From the NCBI RefSeq assembly GCF_018350175.1, contig NC_058368.1:128528001-128592000 (forward strand): a stretch of DNA of 64,000 nt, written 5' to 3'. How positions within the stretch are numbered: position 1 is the first letter of the stretch; every line of letters begins with the position of its first letter. Source of the stretch: Felis catus. Lineage: Eukaryota. Under the pieces are notes generated by a model. The model saw only the letters and a list, made by a program, of their open reading frames with translations. It ran no database searches and was not told the DNA's origin. Of this stretch, positions 12,050 to 25,462 are shown piece after piece. The position numbers and the translations under genes were made by a program.

Positions 12050-13347
12050 TTTTTCCCAAAAGTATGTGCTAAAGTAGCTATGTATCATTCCTGCATGTAT
12101 TTATAATTTTATTACATACATTTCTAAATATTTACTATAATTTTGTATGTGGTTATATTTTATGTAAATAGTATCATACTGTATATTCTTCTGCAAATGT
12201 GTTCTTTAGTCACCACTTTCTTCAAGGATTTATTCATGTTGATACATATAGATCTTGTTCATTCATTTAATTACTATATAGTATTCTATTGTATGAGTAA
12301 ACCATTTATCCATTTACTTGCTAATGAATGAATTTGGGTTCCTTCCCATTTTTCCCTTATGGAGACAATGTGGCAATGGATATATGAGTAAGTATTTTCT
12401 TGTTTACATGTAGAAAAATGTGTAGGGTTTACACTTAGAAATGGAATTAGTAGTCATGGAGTAGATTGTTCTCTTCTAAAGACATTTGGTACTTTTTGGC
12501 TGCCTTGACTCTGAACCTTCTTCCCTATATTTGAGGAAGTTCCTATTGAGGAAGTTCCACTTCATAGGAGGGAGAGCTCGCCTCCCATTACAGAAGCTGA
12601 AGTGTGTGATAGTTTGCTAGCCCCTTGGGCGGCTAGAGCACAGGGCTGTGACTGAAGCTGGGCCAAGCACATAGCCCCCGCTCCCTGCCCCCACTCAGAT
12701 TGCTGACATTAAAGCTAGTGACACAAGAAATTGTGCATGCTAGAGGCATGCATGGCTCCCCAGGCTGGTTCACTGGCATGAAATTAGCTCTGGATTGTCA
12801 GCAGAGCATTCCTTTGTTCCTAATTTTTCCAAGCCTGTTTATCCAAGTTTTGTGGAAATCTATAAACTTCTCAATATTTTTTCAATAAACAAACACGTTT
12901 TCTGTCTAAATTAGGCATTTAGTTTCTTTTGCTTGCAGTTGAGAACTCTGACTTACTTTCCTAAGTGGTGCTAATTCACACTCCCACCACATTATAGAAT
13001 CATTCACATTTTCCCAAATACTTGTCACCATCCCATTTTGTTAGACCTTACATTTTTGCCAGTCTGGTGGGTATGTTGTTTTAATATACATTTTCAGGTT
13101 TACTAGTGATACTAAACATCTTTTCATATTTTTTAATCATTGAGATGTCTTCTCTGAATTGCTTTTTCATGTCATTTGCTTATTTTTGCATGGAGTTATT
13201 TATATGGTTCTTGTTAATCTGTGCTAATTTTGTCAGTTATGTTTTACAATATCTTTTCTCAGTCTAAGGGTTATATTTTAATTATATGAGGATTTTTATT
13301 GTTCATAAGGTTAAAATTTAAAAAAATTGGAATGTTTATTTAGTCTT

Positions 13348-13398
<51 letters not shown>

Positions 13399-14270
13399 AG
13401 CATGAGTGGGGGAGGGGCAGAGAGAGGGAGACAGAATCCGAAGCAGGCTCCAGGCTCTGAACTGTCAGCACAGAACCTGACGCAGGGCTCCAACTCACCA
13501 GCCATGAGATCATGACCTGAGTTGAAGTTGGACACTTAACCCACTGAGCCACCCAGATGCCCCAAGTTAAAAAATTTTTAATGTTTATTTATTTTATTTT
13601 GAGAGAGAGAGAGAGCAGGGGAAGAGTGGAGAGGGAGGGAGACAGAGAATCTGAGGCTGGCTCTGCACCCTCAGAATGAAGCCTGACATGGGGCTCGAAC
13701 CCATGAGATGTGACCTGAGACGAATTGGCAGGCTCAACCAACTGAGTCACCCAGGCACCCCTTTAAGTTTAAAATTATTTAATGTAGTCAAATTCATCAA
13801 TACTTTCCCTATGCTTTGTGCATTTTGCCTTTTTCTGACGTCATAAATATACTTATTTTTGTTTTCTAAAATTTAGGATTTTTCTTATTAAATTTCCATT
13901 TTTAATCTACCAGAAATTGCTTTAAAATTTTTTATTTTTGAATAGGTAATACATTCACATGACTTTATATCAAAAAGGCATACAATGAAAAATCTTCCTC
14001 CACTTCTCCCATCCATGCCTTTCTGATATACTTCTATAGATTTACAAGAAAGGTTTTTAAAAAGCTTATTCTTGTTTCTCTTATTTTTAATACAAATATT
14101 AAATCCTGTACACATTGCTCTGTACCTGTTTTTTCCCACTAAACAGTATGTCTTGAGATACTTTCATAGAAAACTTATTTCTTCATCTTTTACTTCTATA
14201 TTGTGAGTCAACCATAATTTATTTAACCAGTTTCCTATCAATAAACACTGAGATTGTTTGAGTCTTGCGG
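12050..14270 (-). mobile_element. Degraded old L1 (L1MC/ME-like) fragments interrupted by an MLT-like LTR piece (about 12470-12950) and two tandem minus-strand CanSINEs (13310-13762)
   Basis: AT-rich old-L1 motifs (ATTCACACTCCCACCA, TTTTGCCAGTCTGGTGGGT, AATGTAGTCAAATTCATCAA); SINEC motifs. Confidence 0.55.
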
Positions 14271-14612
14271 TGTTCATATCAATAGCTAACACACCGCAGT
14301 ATGTGCCAGGTACTGTTGTAAGTACTGTTTACACAGATTAACATTTGTCAATTTTAAGAGCAGCTTCCCCCCTTCCCCCATCCAGGGAAAGTCCATGGTA
14401 GGCTTTTGATTCAAATAGCCTTGAAATTTAAATATTGATTTAGTAAGAATTGCAGGAAATGGTTACCTCTTCCTTAGGCTTCTCTTGGTATTTGCTGGAG
14501 AACACTTGGTAATTTCTTTGGCAGTATGCTACCTCTGCTCATTACCTCTCTGTCCTCTCCTAACACTCTCCCTTTTGCCTGTTCTGATCTAGCTACACAC
14601 ATTTCCCTATTT

Positions 14613-17600
14613 CTTTTTTTTAATATGAAATTTATTGTCAAATTGGTTTCCATACAACACCCAGTGCTCATCCCAACAGGTGCCCTCCTCAATGCCCATC
14701 ACCCACTTTCCCCTCTCTCCCACCCCCCATCAACCCTCAGTTTATTCTCAGTTTTTAAGAGTCTCTTATGGTTTGGCTCCCTCCCTCTCTAACTTTTTTT
14801 TTCCCCTTCCCCTCCCTCATGGTCTTCTTTTAAGTTTCTCAGGATCCACCTAAGAGTGAAAACATATGGTATCTGTCTTTCTCTGTAAGACTTATTTCAC
14901 TTAGCATCACACTCTCCAGTTCCACCCACGTTGCTACAAAAGGCCATATTTCATTCTTTCTCATTGCCAAGTAGTATTCCATTGTGTATGTAAACCATAA
15001 TTTCTTTATCCATTCATCATTTGATGGACATTTAGGCTCTTTCCATAATTTGGCTATTGTTTTTTTTTTTTTAATTTTTTTTTCAACATTTATTTATTTT
15101 TGGGACAGAGAGAGACAGAGCATGAACGGGGGAGGGGCAGAGAGAGAGGGAGACACAGAATCGGAAACAGGCTCCAGGCTCCGAGCCATCAGCCCAGAGC
15201 CCGACGCGGGGCTCGAACTCCCAGACCGCGAGATCGTGACCTGGCTGAAGTCGGATGCTCAACCGACTGCGCCACCCAGGCACCCCGAATTTGGCTATTG
15301 TTGAAAGTGCTGCTATCAACATTGGGGTACAAGTGCCCTATGCATCAGCACTCCTGCGTCCCTTGAGTAAATTCCTAGCAGTGCTATTGTTGAGTCATAG
15401 GGTAGATCTACTTTTAATTTTTTGAGGAACCTCCACATGGTTTTCCAGAGCAGCTGCACCAGTTTGCATCCCCACCAACAGTGCAAGAGGGTTCCCGTTT
15501 CTCCACATCCTTGCCAGCATCTATAGTCTCCTGATTTGTTCATTTTAGCCACTCTGACTGGCGTGAGGTGGTATCTCAGTGTGGTTTAGATTTGTATTTC
15601 CCTGATGAGGAGTGACGTTGAGCATCTTTTCATGTGCCTGTTGGCCATCTGGATATCTTCTTTAGAGAAGTATCTCTTCATGTTTTCTGCCCATTTCTTC
15701 ACTGGCTTATTTGTTTTTCGGGTGTGGAGTTTGGTGAGTTCTTTATAGATTTTGGATACTAGCCCTTTGACTGATATGTCATTTGCAAATATCTTTTCCC
15801 ATTCCGTCGGTTGTCTTTTAGTTTTCTTGATTGTTTCGTTTGCAGTGTAGAAGCTTTTTATTTTCATGAGGTCCCAATAGTTCATTTTTGCTTTTAATTC
15901 CCTTGCCTTTAGAGATGTGTCAAGAAATTGCTGCAACTGAGGTCAGAGAGGTTTTTCCTGCTTTTGCCTCTAGGGTTTTGATGGTTTCCTGTCTCACAGT
16001 CAGGTCCTTCATCCATGTTGAGTTTATTTTTGTGAATGGTGTAAGAAAATGGTCTAGTTTCATTCTTATGCATGTTGCTGTCCAGTTCTCCCAGCACCAT
16101 TTGTTAAAGAGACTGTCTTTTTTCCATTGGATATTCTTTCCTGCTTTGTCAAGGATTAGTTGGCCATACTTTTGTGGGTCCAATTCTGGAGTCTCTATTC
16201 TATTCCATTGGTCTATGTGTCTGTTTTTGTGCCAATACCATGCTATCTTGATGATTACAGCTTTGTACTAGAGGGTAAAGTCTGGGATTGTGATGCCTCC
16301 CACTTTGGTCTTCTTCTTCAGTATTACTTTGGCTATTAGGGGTCTTTTGTGGTTCCATGCAAATTTTATAATTGCTTGTTCTAGCTTCGAGAAGAATGCT
16401 GGTGCAATTTTGATTGGGATTGCATTGAATGTGTAGATAGCTTTGGGTAATATTGACATTTTAACAATACTTATTCTTTCAATCCATAAGCATGGAATGT
16501 TTCTCCATTTCTTTGTATCTTCTTCAATTTCCTTCATAAGCTTTCTATCGTTTTCAGCATACAGATCGTGTACATCTTTGGTTAGGTTTATTCCTAGGTG
16601 TTTTATGCTTCTTGGTGCAATTGTGAATGGGATCAGTTTCTTTATTTGTCTTTCTGTTGCTTCATTATTAGTGTATAAGAATGCAACTGATTTCTGTACA
16701 TTAATTTTGTATCCTGCGACTTTGCTGAATTCATGTGTCAGTTCTAGAAGACTTTTGGTGGAGTCTGTCGGGTTTTCCATGTATAATATCATGTCATCTG
16801 CAAAAAGTGAAAGCTTGACTTCCTCTTTGCCAATTTTGATGCCTTTGATTTCCTTTTGTTGTCTGATTGCTGACGCTAGGACTTCCAACACTATGTTAAA
16901 CAACAGCGGTGAGAGTGGATATCCCTGTCGTGTTCCTGATCTCAGGGGGAAAGCTCCAGTTTTTCCCCATTGAGGATGATATTAGCTGTGGGCTTTTCAT
17001 AAATGGCTTTTATGATTTTTAAGTATGTTCCTTCTATCTTGACTTTCTCGAGGGTTTTTATCAAGAAAGGATGCTGAATTTTGTCAAATGCTTTTTCTGC
17101 ATCGATGGACAGCATCATATGGTTCTTTTATTAATGTAATGTATCACGTTGATTGATTTGCGAATGTTGAACCAGCCCTGCACCCAGAAATGAATCCCAC
17201 TTGATCATGGTGAATATTTCTTTTTATATCCTGTTGAATTCGATTTGCTAGTATCTTGTTGAGAATTTTTGCATCCATATTCATCAGGGATATTGGCTTG
17301 TAGTTCTCTTTTTTTGCTGGGTCTCTGTGTGGTTTGGGAATCAAAGTAATGCTGGCTTCATATTATGAGTCTGGAAGTTTTCCTTCCCTTTCTATTTTTT
17401 GGAACAGCTTGAGAAGGATAGGTATTATCTCTGCTTTAAATGTCTGGTAGAATTCCCCAGGGAAGCCATCCGGTCCTGGACTCTTATTTTTTGGGAGATT
17501 TTTTGATAACTGATTCAATTTCTTCACTGGTTATGGGTCTGTTCAAATTTTCTATTTCTTCCTGTTTGAGTTTTGGAAATGTGTGGGTGTTTAGGAATTT

Positions 17601-20600
17601 GTCCATTTCATCCAGGTTGTCCAATTTGTTGGCATATAATTTTTCATAGTATTCCCTGATAATTGCTTGTATTTCTGAGGGATTGGTTTTAATCATTCCA
17701 TTTTCATTCACGATTTTCTTTTTTGGGTCTTCTCCCTTTACTTTTTGAGAAGCCTCGCTAGAGGTTTATCAATTTTGTTTATTTTTTCAAAAAACCAACT
17801 CTTGCTTTCACTGATCTGCTCTACAGTTTTTTTAGATTCTATATTGTTTATTTCTGCTCTGATCTTTATTATTTCTCTTCTTCTGCTGGATTGGGGGTGT
17901 CTTTGCTGTTCTGCTTCTAGTTCCTTTAGGTGTGCTGTTAGATTTTGTATTTGGGATTTTTCTTGTTTCTTGAGATAGGCCTGGATTGCAATGTATTTTC
18001 CTCTCAGGACTGCCTTCATTGCATCCCAAAGCATTTGGATTGTTGTATTTTCATTTTCATTTGTTTCCATGTATTTTTTTAATTTCCTCTGTAGTTGTCT
18101 GGTTGACCCATTCATTCTTTAGCAGTGTGTTCTTTAACCTCCATGCTTTTGGAGGTTTTCCAGACTTTTTCCTGTGGTTGATTTCAAGTTTCATAGCATT
18201 GTGGTCTGAAAGTGTGCATGGTATGATCTCAATTCTTTTATACTTGTTAAGGGCTATTTTGTGACCCAGTGTGTGATCTATCTTGGAGAATGTTCCATGT
18301 GCACTTGAGAAGAAAGTATATTCTGTTGCTTTGGGATGCAGAGTTCTATATATATCTGTCAAGTCCATCTGATCCAGTGTATCATTCAGGGCCCTTGTTT
18401 CTTTATTGATCCTGGGTCTAGATGATCTATCCATTGTTGTAAGTGGAGTATTAAAGTCCCCTGCAATTACCACATTCTTATCCATAAGGTTGCTTATGTT
18501 TGTGATTGTTTTATATATTTGGGGGCTTCCGTATTGGGTGCAAAGACATTTATAATTGTTAGGTCTTCCTGATGGTAGACCCTGTAATTATTATATAATG
18601 CCCTTCCTCATCTCTTGTTACAGCCTTTAATTTAAAGTCTAGTTTGTCTGGTATAAGTATGGCTACTCCAGCTTTCTTTTGACTTCCAGTACCATGATAG
18701 ATAGTTCTCCATCCCCTCACTTTCAATCTGAAGGTGTCCTCAGGTCTAAAATGAGTCTCTTGTAGACAGCAAATAGATGGGTCTTGTTTTTTTATCCATT
18801 CTGATACCCTATGTCTTTTGGTTGGAGCGTTTAGTCCATTTACATTCAATGTTATTATAGAAAGATACGGGTTTAGAGTCATTGTGATGTCTGTAGGTTT
18901 CATGCTTGTAGTGATGTCTCTGGTACTTTGTGGTCCTTGCAACATTTCACTCACTGAGTCCCCCTTAGGATCTCTTGTAGGGCTGGTTTAGTGGTGATGA
19001 ATTCCTTCAGTTTTTGTTTGTTTAGGAAAACATTTGTTTCTCCTTCTATTCTGAATGACAGACTTTCTGGATAGAGGATTCTTGGTTGCATGTTTTTTTC
19101 TGTTCATCACATTGAAGATTTCCTGCCATTCCTTTTTGGCCTGTCAAGTTTCAGTACATGGGTGTGCCACTAGTCTTATGGGTCTCCCTTTATATTTTAG
19201 AGCGTGTTTATCCCTAGCTGCTTTCAGAATTTTCTCTTTATCCTTGTATTTTTCCAGTTTCACTATGATAGGTCTTGCAGAAGATTGATTCAAGTTACAT
19301 CTGAAGGGATTTCTCTGTACCTCTTGGATTTCAAAGCCTGTTTCTTTCCCCCCAGATCAGGGAAGTTCTCAGCTATGATTTGTTCAAGTACACCTTCAGC
19401 CCCTTTCTCTCTCTCTTCTTCTTCTGGAGTTCCTATTATACGGATATTGTTCCATTTGATTGCATCACTTAGTTCTCTAATTCTCCCCTCATAGTCCTGG
19501 ATTTTTTTATCTCTCTTTTTCTCAGCTTCCTCTTTTTCCATAATTTTATCTCCTAATTCACCTATTCTCTCCTCTGCCTCTTCAATCTGAGCTGTGGTTG
19601 CCTCCATTTTATTTTGCACCTCATTTATAGCATTTTTTTTGCTCCTCATGTCTATTTCTTAGTCCCTTGATCCCTGTAGCAATAGAATCTCTGCTGTCCT
19701 TTATGCTTTTTTCAAGCCCAATGATTAATTTTATGACTATTACTCTAAATTCTTGTTCTGTTATATTGCTTAAATCGTTTTTGATCAATTTAGTGTCACT
19801 ACTTCCTGGAGTTTCTTTTGAGGAGAATTCTTCCATTTCATCATTTTGGGTAGTCCCTAGGGTGACTCCAAACTGCAGGGCACTTCCCCTGTGCTGTCTG
19901 GAGTAACTTGTGTTGGTGGGCGGGTTGCAGTCAGATCCAATGTCTGTCCCCAGCCCACCACTGGGGTCACAGCCAGACTGGTGTGTACCTTATCTTCCCC
20001 TCTCCCAGGGGCAGGACTCACTGTGGAGCCCCTGTCTGGGCTACTTGCACACTGCCAGCCTTGTGGTGCTGCTCCCATGGCATCCGGCGTATTAGCTGGG
20101 GTGGATCCACAAGGTGCACAGGGGAGGGAGGGGCAGACTTAGCTCACTTTGTCATCAGGCGGTCCCCTGTGGGAGGGGCCCAACAGCACCAGGAGGGAGG
20201 CAGACTGATGGAGGGATGGATCCCCAGAAGCACAGTGTTGGGCATTTGCATGGTGCAAGGAAGTTTGCTGACAGGAACTGGTTCCCTTTGGGGTTTCAGC
20301 TGGGGGATGGGAGAGGGAGATGGCGCTTGCCAGCGCCTTTGTTTCCCCCTCCGAGTTGAGCTCTGTCTTCTGGGGCTCCACAATTCTCCCTCCCCACGTC
20401 CTCTCGCCCTCCCTGCTCTCTGGGAGCAGAGCTGTTGACTTTTAACATTCCAGATGCTAAGTCCCGCCGGCTGTCAGAACTCACAGAGTCCAGCCCCTCC
20501 ACTTTTGCAAACCAGACTCGGGAATTCCGCCTTGCCAGGCGGGCTGCCCCTCCACCCCTCCAGCTCACTCCCGCCAGTCCGCATGGCACACACCGCCTCT

Positions 20601-20770
20601 TTGCCCTTCCTACCCTCTTCCGTGGGCCTCTTGTCTACGCTTGGCTCTGGAGAGTCAGTTCTGCTAGTCTTCTGGCGATTTTCTGGGTTATTTAGGTAGA
20701 TGTGTGTCGAATCTAAGCGATCAGCAGGAGGAGGTAAGCCCTGTGTCCTCCTACATGACCATCTTCCTGG
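14613..20770 (-). mobile_element. Near full-length felid L1 (about 6.1 kb), inactivated: 5' UTR about 19845-20770, ORF1 about 18951-19844, ORF2 about 14839-18882
   Basis: 5' start GGAAGATGGTCATGTAGGAGGAC; ORF1 MMKWKNSPQKK; ORF2 start MTLNPYLSIITLNVNGLN (endonuclease), RT motif LFADDMILY, Cys-rich C-terminus, poly(A). Multiple frameshifts and stops plus a SINE insertion. Confidence 0.97.
15061..15287 (-). mobile_element. Young SINEC_Fc inserted into L1 ORF2
   Basis: CpG-intact SINE; 15-bp TSD AATTTGGCTATTGTT at 15047-15061 and 15288-15302. Confidence 0.95.
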
Positions 20771-20799
20771 CCATCAAGACTTATGGTTTAAAAGGAGCT

Positions 20800-21173
20800 T
20801 TGAGATACCACTTCCCACCCACTAATATGGCTGTAATAAAAAGGACAGACAATAACAAATGGTGGCAAGAATGTGGAGAAATTGAAATTAGAATTCTCAT
20901 ACATTACTGAGAATATAAAATGGTGCATACATTTTGTTGTGTTTTTGTTTGGTTGGTTTGGTTTGTAATGTTTATTTTTGAGAGATAGACAGAGAGAGAC
21001 TGAGCGTGATCAGGAAGGGGCAGAGAGGGCGGAAGACACAGAATCCGAACCAGGCCCCAGGCTCTGAGCTGTTAGCACAGAGCCCAATGCGGGGCTCGAA
21101 TCTCTCACGAATAGTGAGATCATGACCTGAGCTGAAGTCGGAAGCTCAACCGACTGAGCCACCCAGGCGCCCC
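20800..21173. mobile_element. Old L1 ORF2 fragment (plus, about 20800-20925) followed by a CanSINE (minus, about 20940-21173)
   Basis: GAGATACCACTTCCCACCCACTA...GACAATAACAAATGGTGGCAAGAATGTGGAGAAATTG; SINEC motifs. Confidence 0.75.
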
Positions 21174-21699
21174 TCTACATTGTTTAAATTTTAGTTTATA
21201 AGCTGCTAAAGCAACCACTGAATCACTTGATAGCTTCAACAGAAGCGTGACAAAATATAGATATATTTTGGGGCGCCTTGTAATTCATGTGGAATTGCAA
21301 GGGGGAAGCTGAAGATAAAGGTTATGAAAGCAGATAGAAAGCGCCTAGTTTCCTGATGACCTTGGAACCAGCATACTAACTGAAGACTGCTTCCCTGGAC
21401 TTCTATCAAAAGTAATGGATTTATATTTTATTTAAGCTATGCTATTTTGGGCTTTCAGGCAAATCTAATCCTAATTCATAAAAGCTGCTGCCATTGGGCA
21501 GGTGTTCTCAGGTTTCCACAATTGCCACCACCACTGAATGTCTTCCTAACAATACCCAGGTGTTACCATTTATCATCATATCACACTGTTCTTCTCTCCA
21601 CTAAGAGGGAGAAGATGAAAGACTGATACAGCCATGTGTTGTAAGAGTAGTAGGAGAGCATATGTCTGTCACTGTGGAAGTGGACTATTCTGTGATAAA

Positions 21700-22050
21700 T
21701 ACTGCATACCAACTATTAATGCACACTGTATTAAATTTACATGACTGAAGAAGTGGTTACGAAACAAACCACAGTAAGAAGTATGACCAGAATAGCAAAT
21801 AGCCAAGACGTGTTAATGGCAAACTTAACTTGATGAAAAACTTAGTGGACTGCAAACAAGGACTGGAATTATAGTAGTGTTAATGGTGTAAAATGTATTA
21901 GGTTAAAAAAAAATGGCATGCAAAACTTTTGCCAAAGATGGGTTTATATAAAGATTGACTGCAGCAGAAATTGCATCCTGCATAGAAACTACCACTTGCA
22001 GATATAAGTTTAACCAGGTATAACATTTCTTAGCACGCTGAAGCTGGGGG
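21700..22050 (+). mobile_element. Possible ancient RTE-clade LINE (L4/MamRTE-like) RT C-terminal remnant
   Basis: Frameshifted translation gives KFT*L..VVT, EV*..RIA.IAKT..GKLN, GLQTRTGII and RLTAAEI, in the order of RTE post-RT motifs. Confidence 0.4.
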
Positions 22051-22379
22051 TGAAAGGACTTAAAGTACGAAATGACACGAAAAGATTAAATCATTTATAG
22101 TCCACACCACCACCAGTGAGAATACAGCTATAAAAGATACAAATACTACCCTGTTAGCTATAGTCATTTTTGATGTCTGGAAGACATCTTTGCGAGTTGG
22201 AGCCCTTTGCTGTCAGAACGGAGCCCACTTCAGATCCTCTGTCCCCCTCTCTCTGCTCCTCTCCTGCTTGTACTCTCACTTTCTCTCAAAAATAAACAAA
22301 CGTTAAAAAAACAAAGATTTTTATTTTAAATGGAGCTTTTTCATATAAACCGAACAGAATGCTTCAGTTAAAAAGGTTT

Positions 22380-22414
<35 letters not shown>

Positions 22415-23087
22415 CATTACAGTGTTTCCTTAATTATAAAGAAAAGGCTTAATAGAAAGTGTAACAGCTTATCTATGATGCTATTTTCGGGCTTGCTATT
22501 AAACATAGGTTTAGGGCTCTGTCAATAAAACATGTGCATTTATTATTTCTGTTTTTTTAAACTAGGCATTTCATGTGTGTAACAGGAATGACTTCAGTTA
22601 AAAGTGGGATCAGTTTGAGGGAAGTGAACAATCAGGTTAAGTGTTTTTTGAAACATGGTATGATACAAGCACCCTCCATATCCAAAATACACATACTGTT
22701 AGCCAGGACATGGTGGAAAGACACGTTGTGAAATGTAAAAGGCCTCAGAGAGAAGTCTAAGTACTTTTGTAATAGGGTCATTGATATCTACTGTCAATAA
22801 AGTCTGGACAAATATCAATGGAATGAAACAAAAGTTTCAAGTGGAAGCCTCCATGAAGCTTTCATTATTTTTCCAATATATTCCGCAAATGTTAAAAAAC
22901 AGAACAAAACAAAGGTTTAAGGTGGAGAAGAATACAAAGCAATAATTTAAAAGCCTCTTTTGAATGATTACAGTCAGGCCTGAATTAATGACCTCAAAAA
23001 TTAAGTGCAAAATCTCCAAGTAAACAACAGAAATAACAAAGCAAATATTTACTGAGCACCTACTATGTGTCAGGCACTGTTCTAGGA

Positions 23088-24015
23088 TTTTTTTTTTTTT
23101 ATTTTTTTTTCAACGTTTATTTATTTTTTGGGACAGAGAGAGACAGAGCATGAACGGGGGAGGGGCAGAGAGAGAGGGAGACACAGAATCGGAAACAGGC
23201 TCCAGGCTCCGAGCCATCAGCCCAGAGCCTGACGCGGGGCTCGAACTCACGGACCGCGAGATCGTGACCTGGCTGAAGTCGGACGCTTAACCGACTGCGC
23301 CACCCAGGTGCCCCAAGATTTTTTTTTTTAAAGGCAAGCAGGAAGGAAAAGATTATGAAGGAGAGATCAAAGTAGACTTTATATGCAACTAGGTAATTTA
23401 GAGAAGGGGAAAAAAAGGGAGGAGAAGCAACAATTAAACAAATATTAGAAGAAAATATCCCTGAGCTGAAAAAAGGATTGGGGCTTTCAATGGAAAAGCT
23501 TGTAAGAGGTCCAGGAAGTGGGCATCTGGGTGGCTCAGTTAACTGAAAGTCCAACTTCGGCTCAGGTCATGATCTCACAGCTCATGAGTTTGAGTCTTGC
23601 ATCAGACTCTGTGCTGACATCTCAGAGACTGGAGCCTGCTTCAGATGCTGTGTCTCCCTTTCTCTCTCTCTCTGCCCCTCCCCTGCTAGCGTTCTTTCTC
23701 TCTCAAAATAAAATAAACGTTATTTAAAAAAAAAACAAAAAAAAAGAAGTGGTAGGAAGGCAGGGGAAGACTTATCAGATATCTTGATAAAATTAAAGTA
23801 CTCTAGGGGCGCCTGGGTGGCGCAGTCGGTTAAGCGTCCGACTTCAGCCAGGTCACGATCTCGCAGTCCGTGAGTTCGAGCCCCGCGTCAGGCTCTGGGC
23901 TGATGGCTCAGAGCCTGGAGCCTGTTTCCGATTCTGTGTCTCCCTCTCTCTCTGCCCCTCCCCTGTTCATGCTGTCTCTCTCTGTCCCAAAAATAAAAAA
24001 ACGTTGAAAAAAAAT
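23088..24015. mobile_element. Cluster of three CanSINEs (23088-23314 minus, young; about 23520-23745 plus; 23806-24015 plus, young)
   Basis: SINEC consensus; the third has TSD AAAATTAAAGTACTCTA at 23789-23805 and 24019-24035. Confidence 0.9.
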
Positions 24016-24406
24016 TTTAAAAATTAAAGTACTCTAAGGATAAGGAGAAAGAAAATCTCACAGATGACAAGCTTCTAGCTATAATGAGTTCCCTACAAAG
24101 GGAAAACAAAGTGGTTTTGGAGTTCTCACTTGCAATAATAGGATCTAGAAGAAAGTGGACATAATAATTGCACACTAAAGAAAGAAAAGGGTTGCCACCC
24201 AAGAATCCTACAGCCTGCAAAACGATCATTTCCTCTGCTAGAGGAAAAGAAGATATTTAGTAACTACAGATATCATTCAATACATCACCTAAGTAAAATA
24301 TAGTGCAGTTTACAATCTCTAGTACTATACATGTGTCCCTAAGTAGGGGAATGGCTGAAAAAAACTGTGGTACGTTCACAAGATGGAACATACAAGAATC
24401 ACTTAG

Positions 24407-24961
24407 TGTGTTAAACTTTGCACCTGGGATTTGTTCTAAGACACACAGACATGGAAATGATTGTCATGAAGGAGAAAGTATATACACACAGATCCCTAGA
24501 ACGAGGGGGCAAGGCACACCATGCCATGCAGCGCCAGATGGAGAAGGACCATGGCAAGTCAGGAGGCAGAGAGGGAGGGCAGAGCATGGCCCAAAGCCTT
24601 TCCTAGGGTTTTGTGGGAAGAAATGGATAAGGCAGGTAGGTACGGTGAATAAATTTAGGATTTGATAGTTTGAATAATTTTGGTGGTCTCTGGGCTATTG
24701 GGGTGGTTCCTAGTCATCTGCTTCCTGACCCAGGGGTGATTTAGTGCAGTAGGAATACTGCATTGGTGTTTGAGTTTGATAAAGGAGATGCTTGAGGGCA
24801 TGGACTGTGGAATCATTGGTTTGTGTATCAAAGACTCATTCCCAGGGGAGTCAGTCATTTGCTGTCTGCGGGAATTAGTCTTGGAAGTGGCAATGTTGTC
24901 AGGAATGCTACAAATGCCAGAGTATCAAGAATGAAGAAAGTAAGAAAATATAATCAATACA
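24407..24961 (-). mobile_element. 3' LTR of the provirus
   Basis: TG...CA termini (TGTGTTAA...TCAATACA); homologous to 29370-29909. Confidence 0.8.
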
Positions 24962-25315
24962 GTTGCCTTGTGATGCTTTGGCATCATTATCAAGGAACTT
25001 ACAGGTGATGCTAGTGGAGGCTACAGTGTAAGTTGCTCTTAACAGTGTAGAAAACACTTTACTATGCTAGTAGAAAGGAGGAACACAAGTTGAGTTTTAA
25101 AGAGTCCTTGTTGGCCAGCCCTTAAATATATGTCCTATTTATGTGGCATTGGCTAAGAAAATTGATCTGAAATTCTTGTGGTCTCTAACAATATCTTGGT
25201 GGAGTTGTAAAGTATGTTAAAAGTATGAGATCTATACTTTTATCTATAAAAGCATATACCTATATCTATATCGTGTGTGTGTGCACGCGCGCGTGTGTAT
25301 ATATATATATATATG

Positions 25316-25462
25316 GCAGGTCCAGCAGTTATTTTGTTGCAGGGTATGATTAGTATGGTGCAGGGTATGATTAGTATGATTAAATGGTATGTTAGTAAAG
25401 TGTATGTAAAGATTTGTGATATCGTGTGTAACCAAGGGGAAAAGAATGGCTGTGTTGGTCAT
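25316..25462 (-). pseudogene. env SU N-terminal remnant with CWxC motif
   Basis: ORF 25244-25462 reads AILFPLVT...NLYIHF...HTLQQNNCWTC; CWTC at 25327-25316, downstream of the integrase remnant as expected for env. Confidence 0.55.

Noticed and set aside
14839..19844. L1 ORF1/ORF2 as functional genes or an active L1
   Set aside because: Broken into many short ORFs by frameshifts and stops, and interrupted by a SINE
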